A DNA stretch of 62,269 nt, the filler included. It is 5 parts of 5 records of this genome, joined end to end, with 100 filler letters (N's around TTAATTAATTAA, not from the genome) between each part and the next. Parts side by side here need not be neighbours in the genome. Positions count along the whole stretch, not along the records: positions 1 to 21,606 come from SRR2962707_4352; 4 more parts are not named here. The stretch is one strand, 5' to 3'. Positions 9,644 to 20,800 of the stretch are shown one piece after another. Position numbers and translations under genes: made by a program. Numbering within the stretch: position 1 is the stretch's first letter; every line of letters begins with the position of its first letter. Under the pieces are notes generated by a model. The model saw nothing but the letters and a program-made list of their open reading frames with translations, had not been told where the DNA came from and made no database searches.

Positions 9644-10930
9644 TTACTTACGGCCCAAAAGGCCCATCAAAGACGACAGACCCGCCTTCTTGCGTTTCTT
9701 CACTTCCGCTCTGCCGGTCACCACATGGGCGATCTGGGACAGCGCTTCAGCGGTTGGCGATCTGGCCGAGGATTCAGCAATCATCAAACCGGAATTCGCC
9801 GCTTCACCAAACAGCGGAGCATCGAAAGGAATGATCGCAAGAGGATCAATTTCCAACGGATCGCAGAACGCCTCGGGAGAGATCTCAGGCCGCTTGGCCA
9901 TTCCCACCTGATTGAGAACCAGAAGCGGCGCATGATCATTCGGGCGCAGCTTGCGCAAGGTGTCGAACAGGTTCTTGGTGTTGCGCAGATTGGCCAGATC
10001 CGGGGTTGCCGTGATGACAATCTCGTCAGCGGCGCAAAGCACCTTACGGGTCCAGTCATTCCACATATGCGGCACATCAAGCACCGAAACGGGCGCGTTG
10101 CGCTGAATGATGTCGAGGATCGGCAGGAATGCGTCACCTGAAAAATCGTAGGTCCGGTCCAGCATGGACGGCGCCGCAAGCATGGAAAGATGCTCGGAGC
10201 ATTTTGACAGCAAACGGTCGAGAAACACTTCATCGAGGCGGTCGGGCGAATACACCGCCTCGGCGATGCCCTGTGTCGGATCGGTATCGAAATTGAGATT
10301 TGCGGTCCCGAAAGCCAGATCGAGGTCGGCCAGTATGACCTCGCTGGAAAACAGGCTGGAAATGCTCCAGGCGCAGTTGTGAGCGAGAGTGGAGGAGCCA
10401 ACGCCGCCTTTCGCGCCGACAAAAGCGATCGAGCGGCCCAGCGGCGCTGCGTCCGGATCGACAAAGATTGTCGAGATGACACCGATCACATCGGCCATGG
10501 AGACAGGCGCAACAATGTATTCGGAGACGCCATTGCGCACCAGTTCACGGTACAAGGCGACATCATTGACATGACCGACGATAACCACTCGCGTGTCGGG
10601 ATCACACACAGTTGCAAGTTCACCAAGCTCGTCCAGCAGGGCCTGGCCTTCGACGCGGGTCTCCAGGATCAGAAGATTGGGTGTCGGCGAGCCCGCGAAC
10701 ATGTTTGCCGCGGCCGATACGCCGCCGGAATTGATGCGCAGGTTGACCTTGGCCATGCGGCGGTCCTGAGAGCACCGTTCCATGGTCTTGGCCATGCTTT
10801 CGGTTTCGACGAAGGCATGGACAGAAATACGCGGCAGAGGGCGAATCCGCTCGAAATCACCTCGTTCCGGGGCGGTGTCGCCGTTATCGGACTGGGTTTG
10901 CTGCTCAAGCGCATAATCAAGATTGGTCAT
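9644..10930 (-). CDS. cpaE: Pilus localisation protein CpaE/TadZ (receiver + ParA/MinD-like)
   Basis: GHVNDVALYREL, GAKGGVGSST, DLDLAFGT. Confidence 0.92.
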   Translation of the reverse strand: MTNLDYALEQQTQSDNGDTAPERGDFERIRPLPRISVHAFVETESMAKTMERCSQDRRMAKVNLRINSGGVSAAANMFAGSPTPNLLILETRVEGQALLDELGELATVCDPDTRVVIVGHVNDVALYRELVRNGVSEYIVAPVSMADVIGVISTIFVDPDAAPLGRSIAFVGAKGGVGSSTLAHNCAWSISSLFSSEVILADLDLAFGTANLNFDTDPTQGIAEAVYSPDRLDEVFLDRLLSKCSEHLSMLAAPSMLDRTYDFSGDAFLPILDIIQRNAPVSVLDVPHMWNDWTRKVLCAADEIVITATPDLANLRNTKNLFDTLRKLRPNDHAPLLVLNQVGMAKRPEISPEAFCDPLEIDPLAIIPFDAPLFGEAANSGLMIAESSARSPTAEALSQIAHVVTGRAEVKKRKKAGLSSLMGLLGRK

Positions 10931-10973
10931 GAACGTTGTCCTGCTTCTAAGGGCGCATTGCGGTTTGGTCTGG

Positions 10974-11690
10974 TCATTCCCCCAGCCCCGCGCCCTCGGT
11001 CCTGTATGTCTCAATCACAGTGGAGCGCCGCTCGGCATCAATCGGGGTCATCCCGCGAGGCGCAATCAGATCACCCGGATTGGCGATCTGGGCAGCCAGA
11101 TTGTTCTGGCTTGCACAGCCAAAATTGGCCCAGTGCTTGTTCTCGGTGGTGTTGGCGAGCATGTCTTCGGGCCAGCGTCCGCATTCTCCGGTGGACGCTG
11201 TGATTGCCATGAAGGCAATGCGAATCGGTGCGGCATCGTTGGGAGACGAGACCGGATAAGGAGATGAAAGAATGCGGTCACCGGGAACGCCTTCCTTGCG
11301 CAGGACATCGGCAACTTGCGTCGAGAGCACCGAAGCAGCACCGGCATTGGCGGAACCTGTCGGCACCATGATGCGGATGGCGCCGGATGCGCCGGATTTG
11401 TAGTTCTGGGCCGCACCGCGGACGGTCTCGCGCATGGAAATCGTCAGTTTTCGGTCACCTGAAGCAACCGGCAGATCCACGGTGCGCTCCTGTTCCGCGA
11501 CAATGATCGGGTGGTTGGTACGGTAATCATCGGGAACCGCGCCCACCGTGACGCTCTTGCCGGGCCATCCGGCGCAGCCGGAGAGCAGCGAGACAGCAAC
11601 CAGCATCGGTGCCGCGATGGTCCGGAGCGGCCGATGATCAGGCGTAACGGGAACAGAGATCTTGCTCGACATGGTGAGGTTCCTGATCAT
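10974..11690 (-). CDS. cpaD: Pilus lipoprotein CpaD
   Basis: Lipobox LSGC, DYRTNHPI, CGRWPED, NFGCASQNNLAAQIANPGDL. Confidence 0.9.
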   Translation of the reverse strand: MIRNLTMSSKISVPVTPDHRPLRTIAAPMLVAVSLLSGCAGWPGKSVTVGAVPDDYRTNHPIIVAEQERTVDLPVASGDRKLTISMRETVRGAAQNYKSGASGAIRIMVPTGSANAGAASVLSTQVADVLRKEGVPGDRILSSPYPVSSPNDAAPIRIAFMAITASTGECGRWPEDMLANTTENKHWANFGCASQNNLAAQIANPGDLIAPRGMTPIDAERRSTVIETYRTEGAGLGE

Positions 11691-13243
11691 TTGTAGATAA
11701 AGCCGACAACGCCGTGGTAGCGACCCGGAGGCAGTTCGGTTTCCATCCGGCCATAGACCCGGTTGACGCGGCCAAGAAAGAAACCGGCGCCATCGCTGGC
11801 TGCGTTGAAGTTGTCATCGGGACGGGCGATTTGGTTGCGCGCCACCGGCTTGACGATGTAGGGGGTGGCAATGATGACCAGCTCTGTCTCGTTGCGGACA
11901 AAATCCCTGCTGCGGAAAAGCGTGCCGAAAACCGGAACCTTGGACAGCCCGGGATAACCCGACATGGCCTGGCGAATGTCATCCTTGACCAGTCCTGCCA
12001 GCACGATCGATCCACCCGAGGGCAATTCCACGGCAGTTTCCGCCTCACGCCGCTTGATCGACAGCCGGGTCATGCCGGGATTGCCGCCAATGCCCTGAAG
12101 TGAGGTCGATCCTTCGAATGTGGGCTCGGACACTTCAGTCAGGATCTTGAGTGAAATGCGTCCCGGTGAGAGGACCACCGGCGTAAAGTTCAACCGGATG
12201 CCGTATTCGACTTCCCGGTCAGTATACGTGGCTTTCCCGTCATCGTCGTAGTCGAGCTGATCGCGGAGCTGAAACTCGCCACCAACATAGAATTTGGCGC
12301 TCTCGCCAGAAATGGCGGTCAGGCTCGGCTCAGCCAGAGTGCGCATGACACCGGCCTGTTCCATCGCATTGACATAACTGGCAATCGAGCGGCCGCCAAT
12401 GGAGCCTGCCAGCGCGGCATAGTTGAGGCCGGTCGACACTGATCCCAGGCTCGACGGATTGGAATTGACGAAGCCTCCCGACCCACCGGTGATCGAGGAA
12501 TTGAACCCAAGCTGCTTGAGCACCTGACGGCTGACTTCGGCAATGGTGATTTTCAGTGTGACCTGATCCTCACCGTCGATCTTGAGCAGGTTGACGATCT
12601 TCGACTGCTGACGGGCTTCCGCATAAATGGCCACGGCGCCGTCGCCGCTGCTGCCGCTGCTTTCAGTGATGTTGCGTGTCGTCGCCTCACCGCCGGTGAG
12701 AAAGATCTGCGCCAGATTGGCAGCTTGCGCGGCGTCCTGCGGTGTCCGCACAGAGCCGGTCAGAACGATGTTGTCGGAAATGATTTCAACATTGATATCC
12801 GAATCTGGAAGGAAACGGGCGAGATGGGCCTGAAGACCCGAGACATCGCGTTCAATTTCCAGCTCGATGGCAATGATTTCATCGCCGTTTGGTCCGAAAA
12901 TGAAGATATTGGTCTGACCCACGGTCTTGCCAAACAGATAAAGCCTGCGGGATGTCCGGGTGACCGCATCAGCCAGGCTGGGGTCGGCGACCAGAATGTC
13001 ATGCGCGTCGGTGGGCAGATCGATCACAAGAGCCTTGTTCAATCCCAGCTTGACCCGCTTGCTGACGCCGGGTCCGGTGCGCTTGATCTTGATGACGCTT
13101 TCAGCTGCTGCCGCGGAGGACATGATACGACCGCTGGATGGATCCACACTCATTCCGGCAAACATGGTCGAGCTCACCAGCGCGATACTGGTGATGGATG
13201 ACAGGAGCGATTTTGCAAATGGACGCACGTTCATTCTCCGCAT
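11687..13243 (-). CDS. cpaC: Secretin CpaC/RcpA
   Basis: LAEPSLTAISGE, VELPSGGSIVLAGL, PGLSKVPVFGTLFRS, ETELVIIATP. Confidence 0.93.
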   Translation of the reverse strand: MRRMNVRPFAKSLLSSITSIALVSSTMFAGMSVDPSSGRIMSSAAAAESVIKIKRTGPGVSKRVKLGLNKALVIDLPTDAHDILVADPSLADAVTRTSRRLYLFGKTVGQTNIFIFGPNGDEIIAIELEIERDVSGLQAHLARFLPDSDINVEIISDNIVLTGSVRTPQDAAQAANLAQIFLTGGEATTRNITESSGSSGDGAVAIYAEARQQSKIVNLLKIDGEDQVTLKITIAEVSRQVLKQLGFNSSITGGSGGFVNSNPSSLGSVSTGLNYAALAGSIGGRSIASYVNAMEQAGVMRTLAEPSLTAISGESAKFYVGGEFQLRDQLDYDDDGKATYTDREVEYGIRLNFTPVVLSPGRISLKILTEVSEPTFEGSTSLQGIGGNPGMTRLSIKRREAETAVELPSGGSIVLAGLVKDDIRQAMSGYPGLSKVPVFGTLFRSRDFVRNETELVIIATPYIVKPVARNQIARPDDNFNAASDGAGFFLGRVNRVYGRMETELPPGRYHGVVGFIYK

Positions 13244-14052
13244 TAGTTGGTGGCGCCAACTTTGGTGATGGTGCCGGAGCGGATCAGCTGGATGGCTGCA
13301 CTGCCGTCTTCGCCGCTCAATAGATATTTTGCGCCATCGCTGTCAGGTTCCTGAACGTCGGCGACACTGCGCAAGGCGAGTGTCAACCGATCGGCCATCT
13401 GCTGCGCGACGGTGATGATTTTTGTCTGTTCCGGCGTCAATTCGAGGGTTGCCGTGGTCCCGACTGCGGTCCGGCTTCCATCGGCGTTCTCTTCAATGCG
13501 CTGGTCGATGGCCAGAATACGGATGTTGGACAGGATGACCTCGGTCAGAAATCCCTCTTCCGCAGTCTTGCGACGGACCATGATCACATCCACCCGGTCG
13601 TTGGGGAGGATGAACCCGCCGGCGCTGGTGGCCACCGAGATTTCCGTTGCGATCGCGCGCTTTCCGGCCGGAAGCAGCGAGGACATGATCCGGGATGACG
13701 AATCGACGATCTTTTCGGTGCGCAAGGGTTCTCCGGCAAACAGCGGAAGCCTGACAACCACACCGGCGAGTTCGGCTATTGCTTCGGGACGGTTGTCACG
13801 ACGGATCAGTCCTTCGATCACGCCATCTTCCGGCCAGCCTTTCCACTCCAGCGAATCTTCACCCAAACGCGCGCCAACCGGCAGGTTGGCGGTTGTCACC
13901 AACACATCAATGGTCGGCATCTTCTCGATGATCGGGTCTGAGGAGACTTCTGTCACCTGGACGGTGGGTGACGTCAGGTTCATGGCCAGATACCCGGCCA
14001 ATCCTGCGGCCAGACCTGCCACTGACATGATGACGACGCGGGCGGTTTTCAT
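13243..14052 (-). CDS. cpaB: Flp pilus assembly protein CpaB/RcpC
   Basis: SAF domain, GKRAIA, GGFILPNDRVDV, TATLELTPEQ. Confidence 0.92.
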   Translation of the reverse strand: MKTARVVIMSVAGLAAGLAGYLAMNLTSPTVQVTEVSSDPIIEKMPTIDVLVTTANLPVGARLGEDSLEWKGWPEDGVIEGLIRRDNRPEAIAELAGVVVRLPLFAGEPLRTEKIVDSSSRIMSSLLPAGKRAIATEISVATSAGGFILPNDRVDVIMVRRKTAEEGFLTEVILSNIRILAIDQRIEENADGSRTAVGTTATLELTPEQTKIITVAQQMADRLTLALRSVADVQEPDSDGAKYLLSGEDGSAAIQLIRSGTITKVGATN

Positions 14053-14337
14053 ACTGTTTCCTCGAACGGATATTGGGTACGCTGGAAGCAGAATGCATTG
14101 GCAATCGTGTAATTATGGTTAATGACCCGGTAGCAAACACGGTTAACGCAAAATTACCGACGTAAAAGCAAAGGCCGTTCCCACGTGAGCATGATGGTCG
14201 GAGCACACCTCTGGCTTCCGCCGTGCAGGACGCCAAACGCCGCGCGTTCGGCTGAACACGCGGCGTTTGCTGCTATTACGGTCTCATGATCGGCGCTTGG
14301 GTTTGGCGGCAAACCAGCCAGTGTCAGCTGCCCTGGT

Positions 14338-14853
14338 TCAGTAAAGCCGTTCCAGTGCCTGAGCAAAGATCTGCGAATCCGGAAAAGTCATGAAGCCGGA
14401 TGCTGCGATGGCGACGCCATAAGGGATGCCGGCGCGATCCTTGAAAAAGTGCATCGGGATCGGGATAGGCGAAACCAGCAGAAAATTCTGGTTGGCGCGG
14501 ATCACCAGGACAATCAGGGCAAGCCCTCCGCCGAAAAGGCCGGTGAGCGCCAGAAACGACACTAGATCGCCGTTGAAACCGTACCAAAGAGCGGCTGCGC
14601 TGAGGATTTTCGCATCACCTCCACCCATCACATTGACGGCAAACAGGGCGAAACATGCTGCGAAGACGCAGCCAGCGGCGGCAACAGACCAGCCGAATGT
14701 CACAAGGTCCATGCCGCTGAATGGGGCAATCACAAAAAAAGACGCCGCCAGGACGACCGGAATGCGATTGGGGATCTTCATCGTCAGAATGTCAGAGAAC
14801 GCCGCCATGGCCAGGCAAAGCGGTAGAATGACATATATTGCGGCCTCAACCAT
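14338..14853 (-). CDS. cpaA: Prepilin peptidase CpaA/TadV (A24)
   Basis: SDILTMKIPN, MGGGDAK, IPYGVAIA; multi-TM. Confidence 0.92.
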   Translation of the reverse strand: MVEAAIYVILPLCLAMAAFSDILTMKIPNRIPVVLAASFFVIAPFSGMDLVTFGWSVAAAGCVFAACFALFAVNVMGGGDAKILSAAALWYGFNGDLVSFLALTGLFGGGLALIVLVIRANQNFLLVSPIPIPMHFFKDRAGIPYGVAIAASGFMTFPDSQIFAQALERLY

Positions 14854-14911
14854 CGACTTGCTCCCAGGTTTGGAAAAAGTTTATCGGGAAGACCTTAAAA
14901 AAGTGCAATAA

Positions 14912-14940
14912 ACAGAAGTAAGCCGCCCCTAAGGGCGGCC
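14912..14940 (-). terminator. Intrinsic terminator after the pilin gene
   Basis: GCCGCCC/GGGCGGC hairpin (14922-14939) followed on the minus strand by TTACTTCTGTTTATT. Confidence 0.6.
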
Positions 14941-14973
14941 TATTTGGATTGACGCTATAACAGCTACAGCCAA

Positions 14974-15150
14974 TCAGGGCTTGGCTTCGTTCATCTTGTC
15001 GGACAGAAGCTGGAACTGGTTGTTCAGCGTGTCGCCGAGCGTGGTGGCGCCGGTGATCAGTGCAACCGAGATAAGGGCAGCGATCAGGCCGTATTCAATT
15101 GCGGTGGCGCCAGATTCGTCTTTGACAAAACGGTTCATGAGATTTTTCAT
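14974..15150 (-). CDS. pilA: Flp type IVc pilin, 58 aa (absent from the ORF track)
   Basis: Hand translation: MKNLMNRFVKDESG|ATAIEYGLIAALISVALITGATTLGDTLNNQFQLLSDKMNEAKP. Confidence 0.95.
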   Translation of the reverse strand: MKNLMNRFVKDESGATAIEYGLIAALISVALITGATTLGDTLNNQFQLLSDKMNEAKP

Positions 15151-15595
15151 AGGTCTGTTCCTTCATCCACTAGTGTTTTTCAGCACTCCGCCAACTGCTT
15201 CGGCTGGTCGGATAAAGCGATCTTAGGAGAGGGTGTTTTCAAACCGCTTAATGAACACGGTTAGCAAAACCTTTCACCGCCAAACCCAGATGCATGGTAA
15301 ACAAAGTGCAAAAAATCGAGACGCTTTTCTAACCCGCAAACAGTCATAGGCCCCGCCAAAAAGTGCTGGGGTTCAAATGTTGGCCGAGGCAGCAGCCGCT
15401 GCCACTGCTGTTTGACGCGCGCCTATTATAAGGTGTGGCTCTCACGGGCCGGATTTTAGAGCGCACGCCGGGGGCCCTGGCGCGCCCTCAAAGCCGAACC
15501 TGCAGAAAGAAATCGGCTGAACCGCCTGACTTTAAGGCTTCGTTCACCAATCCCGGCGATTTTAGGGAGGATATCCGCAATTCCGAGGACACGGC

Positions 15596-16009
15596 ATGAC
15601 CCAACCCAACCCTGCGCATCGCCGGCTAGCAATGTTTGCATGCGGCGCGGCATTGGCAGCGATGGCTTCATTCCCGGCCCAGGCCGCGGAGGATGTGATA
15701 CGCGTCTTCATGGATCATGCCCGCATTCTCAAGCTTGATCGCGCCGTCAGCAAGGTCATCATCGGCAATGCCAATGTGGCAGATGTGGCCGTGTCCGATC
15801 CGCAGACGATCGTTCTGACCGGCAAATCCTATGGCACCACAAACCTGGTCATTCTCGATCAGGCGGGAGATGCCATTGTCGACGAACGCATTCTGGTGTC
15901 GGTGGACGAAGCCAACACACTTCGGGTCTTCAAACAGACAGCCCGGTCGGTCTATTCGTGTTCACCGGCCTGCGAAGAACATGTGCCGACGGTTGCGACC
16001 AGTCCCTGA
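15596..16009 (+). CDS. Pilus-formation N-terminal-domain protein (secretin N-domain-like)
   Basis: Signal peptide; VIIGNANVADV...LTGKSYGTTNLVILD; C-terminal CSPAC. Confidence 0.8.
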   Translation: MTQPNPAHRRLAMFACGAALAAMASFPAQAAEDVIRVFMDHARILKLDRAVSKVIIGNANVADVAVSDPQTIVLTGKSYGTTNLVILDQAGDAIVDERILVSVDEANTLRVFKQTARSVYSCSPACEEHVPTVATSP

Positions 16010-16179
16010 GACTGGCCACTGATACTGGCGGTTGATCCAAGCCATTGTTCCCGGACCCGCAAATGTCGCGCTTAGACATTTGTTTACCACTTGCACAGCT
16101 TCCCGGCGTCTGCGTTACCAAAATTCAACCAGTTTGACCTAGCGTCGATCCCAGGAAACGAAAGCCCGGGAGTCCGACG

Positions 16180-16788
16180 ATGGTTGTCGACGATCAAAGC
16201 AGCACGACAGGCATGCCACCGCGGCGGTTACGGCGGTTGCTGGCGCGTTTCCAAAGGTCACGCGATGGCACCGCAGCCATCGAATTTGCGCTGCTGGCAT
16301 TTCCGTTCTTCCTGCTGATCTTTGCGACGATCGAAGCCTTCATCGCCTTTGCAGGCGAGCAACTGCTGGAAAATGCAGTGGATACGATGGCGCGACAGGT
16401 TCGCACCGGACAGGTCAAGAATCTGACCGAGGACGAATTCCGCACCAAATTCTGCGCTGAAATCAGTCTGATGATCGCGTGTGCTGACAAGGAAGACCCG
16501 GCAGATCAGAAGCTCTATCTTGATGTCCGGGAGTTCGCCACTTTTGCGGCGATCCCCAATTACATTCCAAAGCAAAGCAACGATCAGTTCTCGGATCTGG
16601 ATTCGTCCGATTTCGACTACAGCCCCGGCGGTCCGAAAAGCATCAATATCGTCCGCGCCTATTATCGCTGGGAAGTGATGACGGACCTTGTCAGGCCATT
16701 CATCACCAACATCCGCAAGGATGGTGAAATACCGCGCGACTACCTCATGGTGGCGACAGCCGCTTTTCGCAACGAGAATTTCCCGTGA
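16180..16788 (+). CDS. tadE: TadE/TadG-family pseudopilin
   Basis: G|TAAIEFALLAFPF prepilin-like motif; C-terminal FRNENF. Confidence 0.85.
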   Translation: MVVDDQSSTTGMPPRRLRRLLARFQRSRDGTAAIEFALLAFPFFLLIFATIEAFIAFAGEQLLENAVDTMARQVRTGQVKNLTEDEFRTKFCAEISLMIACADKEDPADQKLYLDVREFATFAAIPNYIPKQSNDQFSDLDSSDFDYSPGGPKSINIVRAYYRWEVMTDLVRPFITNIRKDGEIPRDYLMVATAAFRNENFP

Positions 16789-16837
16789 GTAAGATCAAGG
16801 ATATCTCGACAGGCGAAACCCACAAGGAACCACGGCT

Positions 16838-17410
16838 ATGACCGGCTTTCTGGCAAAACTGAACCGAAGTGCACGAAAACTTCGCGGCGACCGATCAGGT
16901 GTCGGTGCCGTGGAATTCGCGTTGATCGCGCCGGTTCTGATCATCTTGTATATGGGCTCCCTGGAAATTTCGGTCGCCATGTCGGTCAACAAGAAGCTGG
17001 CGCGCGCCGCAAGCACCGTGGCTGACCTGGTGACGCAAGACAGTTCGGTGGACAAGGCCTTTCTCGCCTCCATGGTCAATGTGGCGCAAAGCGTCATGAC
17101 GCCGTTCCCAGCCGACGGTGTGAAGATGAAGATCACTGGCATCGAGATCAACTCCTCGGGCGTCGGCAAGGCGACCTGGTCCTGGAAAGAAGACAACACG
17201 ACACCCTATACCAAGGGCTCGACACAAACGCTTCCGACTGATCTGGCTATCCCGAACACATTTCTGGTGCGCACCGAAATCGAGTTCGACCACAAACTGC
17301 TGCTCATCGTGCCGGATCTCCCGAACGTCGATGTCCGCACATTGCACATGAAAAAGACCTACCACCTGCGCCAGCGCATCGGTAACGACGTGACCTGCGG
17401 CAACTGCTGA
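16838..17410 (+). CDS. TadE/TadG-family pseudopilin
   Basis: DRSG|VGAVEFALIAPV motif. Confidence 0.85.
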   Translation: MTGFLAKLNRSARKLRGDRSGVGAVEFALIAPVLIILYMGSLEISVAMSVNKKLARAASTVADLVTQDSSVDKAFLASMVNVAQSVMTPFPADGVKMKITGIEINSSGVGKATWSWKEDNTTPYTKGSTQTLPTDLAIPNTFLVRTEIEFDHKLLLIVPDLPNVDVRTLHMKKTYHLRQRIGNDVTCGNC

Positions 17411-17419
17411 CTTGTTGCC

Positions 17420-18364
17420 TCAGGGCAGCCTGGCTGCTGATTGCCGCTCGGGCATGGCTTCAACCAGACCGCGGATATTGTGGTATTCTTCCTGGTCCGG
17501 AATGACATAGCCGCCGCCATAGGCAGGCTCGAAAATATCAAGCAGGCCCGGCGCTGATGTCGCCATTTCATCAAGAAACACGCCGAGCGCCTCGACCAGA
17601 TCATCAGGCAGAGACCGGTTTGCGGCGTGCGGGCCATAAGGGATGCGCTGTGAAGACCAGATGATCCTGAGCGGTTCAGCGCTCTCGATAGCGGTCCGGT
17701 TCCAGCCTCCGAACAACCTTTCCAGTCCGACGCCAGCGTCTCCGGGAATATCGGGCAACCAGCCGAAAAACCCGTCAATTTCACCAGCCTTGTAAAGCGC
17801 CATGACGGAGCCGACGCTGCCTCCGCGAACCAGCGTTGGCATGTCCAGACTGCCGGCCGTTATGGCCTGGTGAGGAATTTGCCAGCCGGATACCGATGTT
17901 TCGTCGGAGTAACCGACTTTAAGCTCGGCGACAGGGACGGTGACACTGTCGCGCGCCACAAGCACCGACCTGAAACCGGTGGAGCCATCAGCGGCAACAG
18001 GGATACGAAAAGCCCTGACGCATCCGCAGGCCGCCTGTGTTGCCGCAAATGATCTGGCTGAATGGATAGCATAGCCAACACGGCCGCTGGCGTGAGCATC
18101 GATCAAGGCCGCATAGCTGCCGAGCTTGATGATTTCAACGGGGATGCCCAGGGCGTTTGCAAACGCAAGCTGGATCGCTTCGAGTTTGACGGGATCAGTT
18201 GCCGCAACATGGGTTTCCACCATACCGATGCGCAACACTGCAATCGAATCCCGATAGTCTGCTTTGGCCGTTCCGGCCCAGACCATGGCGCAGCAAAGTG
18301 CCGCCCAGCCTGGTCCCCGAAGGCATCCCGCAAATCTGACAATGCGATCCATCATACCCATCAC
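17420..18364 (-). CDS. PhnD-like phosphate/phosphonate substrate-binding protein (no cognate permease here)
   Basis: Signal peptide; YAALIDA, GFRSVLVAR, SVSGWQIP, LRIIWSSQRIPYGP resemble the PhnD family. Confidence 0.7.
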   Translation of the reverse strand: MMGMMDRIVRFAGCLRGPGWAALCCAMVWAGTAKADYRDSIAVLRIGMVETHVAATDPVKLEAIQLAFANALGIPVEIIKLGSYAALIDAHASGRVGYAIHSARSFAATQAACGCVRAFRIPVAADGSTGFRSVLVARDSVTVPVAELKVGYSDETSVSGWQIPHQAITAGSLDMPTLVRGGSVGSVMALYKAGEIDGFFGWLPDIPGDAGVGLERLFGGWNRTAIESAEPLRIIWSSQRIPYGPHAANRSLPDDLVEALGVFLDEMATSAPGLLDIFEPAYGGGYVIPDQEEYHNIRGLVEAMPERQSAARLP

Positions 18365-18596
18365 CGGTCTATATCACGATCACCGTGGAATGCACGGTTA
18401 TGGTGAAAACAAGGTTACCGGCCGCAAGCAATCTCAACTCTTCCGATCACGTTTAAAACCGGCTAACTTGGCGATCACTACAGTGCCACGCATCCAGCTG
18501 GATGGGCAAAGGTCGCTGTGACATTTTGAAATGATGCATGTGCGTTATCGTTCATACGAAGACGGTTGAACGCGACATGCATCGGGAGACCTTTTC

Positions 18597-19817
18597 ATGG
18601 CGCGTGCATTTTTGTTTGTTCTTGATTCCTTCGGTATCGGCGGAGCCCCCGATGCGGAAGCCTATGGCGACCTGGGCGCCGACACGCTCGGCCACATAGC
18701 AGAGCAATGCGCGGCAGGGCTTGCCGACCGGCCGGGGTTGCGCGCGGGGCCTTTGTCATTGCCGCACATGCAGTCGCTGGGGCTGGCCGAAGCTGCGGTC
18801 AATGCCACCGGCAACCTGCCTGCAGGCTGGTCTCTCACATCAAAGCCACGCGGAATTCACGGTGCAGCCAGTGAAGTGTCCCATGGCAAGGATACGCCGT
18901 CGGGACACTGGGAGATTGCCGGCCAGCCGGTGATGTTCGACTGGGGCTATTTTCCCGATGACGGGCCGGCGTTCAGCGACGAGCTGATTGCCGAAATTGT
19001 CGCGGAGGCCGAATTGCCGGGTATCCTGGGCAACTGCCACGCCTCGGGAACGGAAATCATTGCCCGGCTTGGCGCGGAACACATGAATACCGGCAAACCG
19101 ATCTGCTACACCTCGTCGGATTCGGTTTTTCAGATTGCCGCCCATGAGGAAAGCTTCGGGCTGGAAAGGCTGATCGAGCTGTGCCAGATCGTGCGCAAGA
19201 TCATCGATCCGCTGAACATCGGCCGGGTCATCGCGCGGCCATTCGTGGGATCAGCCGAAACCGGGTTTGACCGCACGGGAAACCGGCGTGACTTTTCCGT
19301 CCCGCCGCCGGGACCGACCCTGCTCGATCAGGTCAGCGAGAGCGGGCACCGGGTGTTTGCGGTTGGCAAGATCGGTGACATCTATGCCCATCAGGGAACC
19401 ACCGACATCCGCAAGGCAAGCGGCAACCCGGCGCTGTTCGAGGCCACGCTGAAGGCCACCAGGGAAGCCAAGGACGGCGACCTGGTGTTCACCAATTTTG
19501 TCGATTTCGACATGCTCTACGGGCACCGCCGGGATGTGGCCGGTTATGCCGCAGCCCTTGAAGCGCTGGACGCCATGCTGCCGCGTTTCGCCAAAATGCT
19601 GAAGCCGGGCGACCTGGTGCTGATGACGGCTGATCATGGCTGCGACCCGACCTGGCGCGGAACCGACCACACCCGCGAGCGGGTTCCGATCCTGGGCTTC
19701 GGCCCCGGCATTGCGCCCCGTAACATTGGCGTTCGCACGACTTACGCCGATATTGGCGCGACGCTGGCGCAGCACCTGGGGCTGCCGGGAACCGGCAACG
19801 GAAGGAGCTTTCTGTGA
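18597..19817 (+). CDS. deoB: Phosphopentomutase
   Basis: [49 protein letters not shown]. Confidence 0.96.
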   Translation: MARAFLFVLDSFGIGGAPDAEAYGDLGADTLGHIAEQCAAGLADRPGLRAGPLSLPHMQSLGLAEAAVNATGNLPAGWSLTSKPRGIHGAASEVSHGKDTPSGHWEIAGQPVMFDWGYFPDDGPAFSDELIAEIVAEAELPGILGNCHASGTEIIARLGAEHMNTGKPICYTSSDSVFQIAAHEESFGLERLIELCQIVRKIIDPLNIGRVIARPFVGSAETGFDRTGNRRDFSVPPPGPTLLDQVSESGHRVFAVGKIGDIYAHQGTTDIRKASGNPALFEATLKATREAKDGDLVFTNFVDFDMLYGHRRDVAGYAAALEALDAMLPRFAKMLKPGDLVLMTADHGCDPTWRGTDHTRERVPILGFGPGIAPRNIGVRTTYADIGATLAQHLGLPGTGNGRSFL

Positions 19818-20800
19818 CCGCACCACGTGATACAGCCGCGATCCGGAAGGCCGAACTGCACTGCCACATTGAAGGTGCAGCCTCTCCGGCGCTGGTGAAG
19901 GCGCAGGCCCGCAAATACAATGCAGATGTGTCCGGTTTCATCTCCGGCGACACATATGTCTGGTCGAATTTCACCGAGTTTCTGACAGCCTATGACGGCG
20001 CCGCATCGCTGTTTCGCAGCGAGGAAGACTATGCGCTACTGGCGCGAACCTATCTTGAAGGGATTGCCGCGGAGAATGCCATCTATGCGGAAATCTTCGT
20101 GTCACCAGATCATGCGGAGGCCGCCGGGCTGTCACATGCAGCCTATTTTGACGGGCTCGCCGAGGGTATCGCCCAGGCCAAGGCATCATCAGGGATCGAA
20201 TGCAGGATGATCATCGTCGGCATTAGGCATCTGGGGGCGGAGAAGGTGGAAGCCGCAGCACAGCTTGCTGCCAGTCGGCCTCACCCGCTGATCACAGGGT
20301 TTGGCATGGCAGGCGAAGAACGGTTCGGTCAGGTTGCCGATTTCGCCCGGGCATTCGACATTGCGCGCGACGCCGGGCTGGGAATCACCATCCACGCCGG
20401 GGAACTGGCCGGGGCAGACAGCGTGCGTGACGCGCTTGATCACGTGCGTCCGTCACGCATCGGCCACGGTGTGCGGGCCATTGAGGATGCAGCCCTGGTT
20501 CAGCGGATTGCTGACGAGGGCGTGGTGCTGGAAGTCTGCCCGGGATCCAATCTGGCATTGAATGTGTTCCCGGACATTTCCAGCCATCCGTTTGATCGTC
20601 TGCGGCGTGCCGGTGTGAAAGTGACGTTGAGCTCCGATGATCCGCCGCATTTTGCAAGTTCGGTGGGCCGGGAATACCAGATGGCGGCAGATGCCTGGGG
20701 CTATGATGCGCCGGAACTGACCGATATCACCCGTACCGCGATAAAAGCTGCATTCCTTGATGAGCAAACCCGTGCAAATCTCTTGGGACAGCTTGACTGA
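19814..20800 (+). CDS. add: Adenosine/adenine deaminase
   Basis: [30 protein letters not shown]. Confidence 0.9.
   Translation: MTAPRDTAAIRKAELHCHIEGAASPALVKAQARKYNADVSGFISGDTYVWSNFTEFLTAYDGAASLFRSEEDYALLARTYLEGIAAENAIYAEIFVSPDHAEAAGLSHAAYFDGLAEGIAQAKASSGIECRMIIVGIRHLGAEKVEAAAQLAASRPHPLITGFGMAGEERFGQVADFARAFDIARDAGLGITIHAGELAGADSVRDALDHVRPSRIGHGVRAIEDAALVQRIADEGVVLEVCPGSNLALNVFPDISSHPFDRLRRAGVKVTLSSDDPPHFASSVGREYQMAADAWGYDAPELTDITRTAIKAAFLDEQTRANLLGQLD

Noticed and set aside
8475-9911. 478-aa plus-strand ORF (also 3396-4379, 50717-51775, 53286-54278)
   Set aside because: Antisense or alternate-frame shadows of well-supported genes in GC-rich DNA; no recognisable motifs.
6063-17410. Tad/Cpa locus as a novel system
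   Set aside because: Gene content and order match the known alphaproteobacterial Cpa/Tad pilus.
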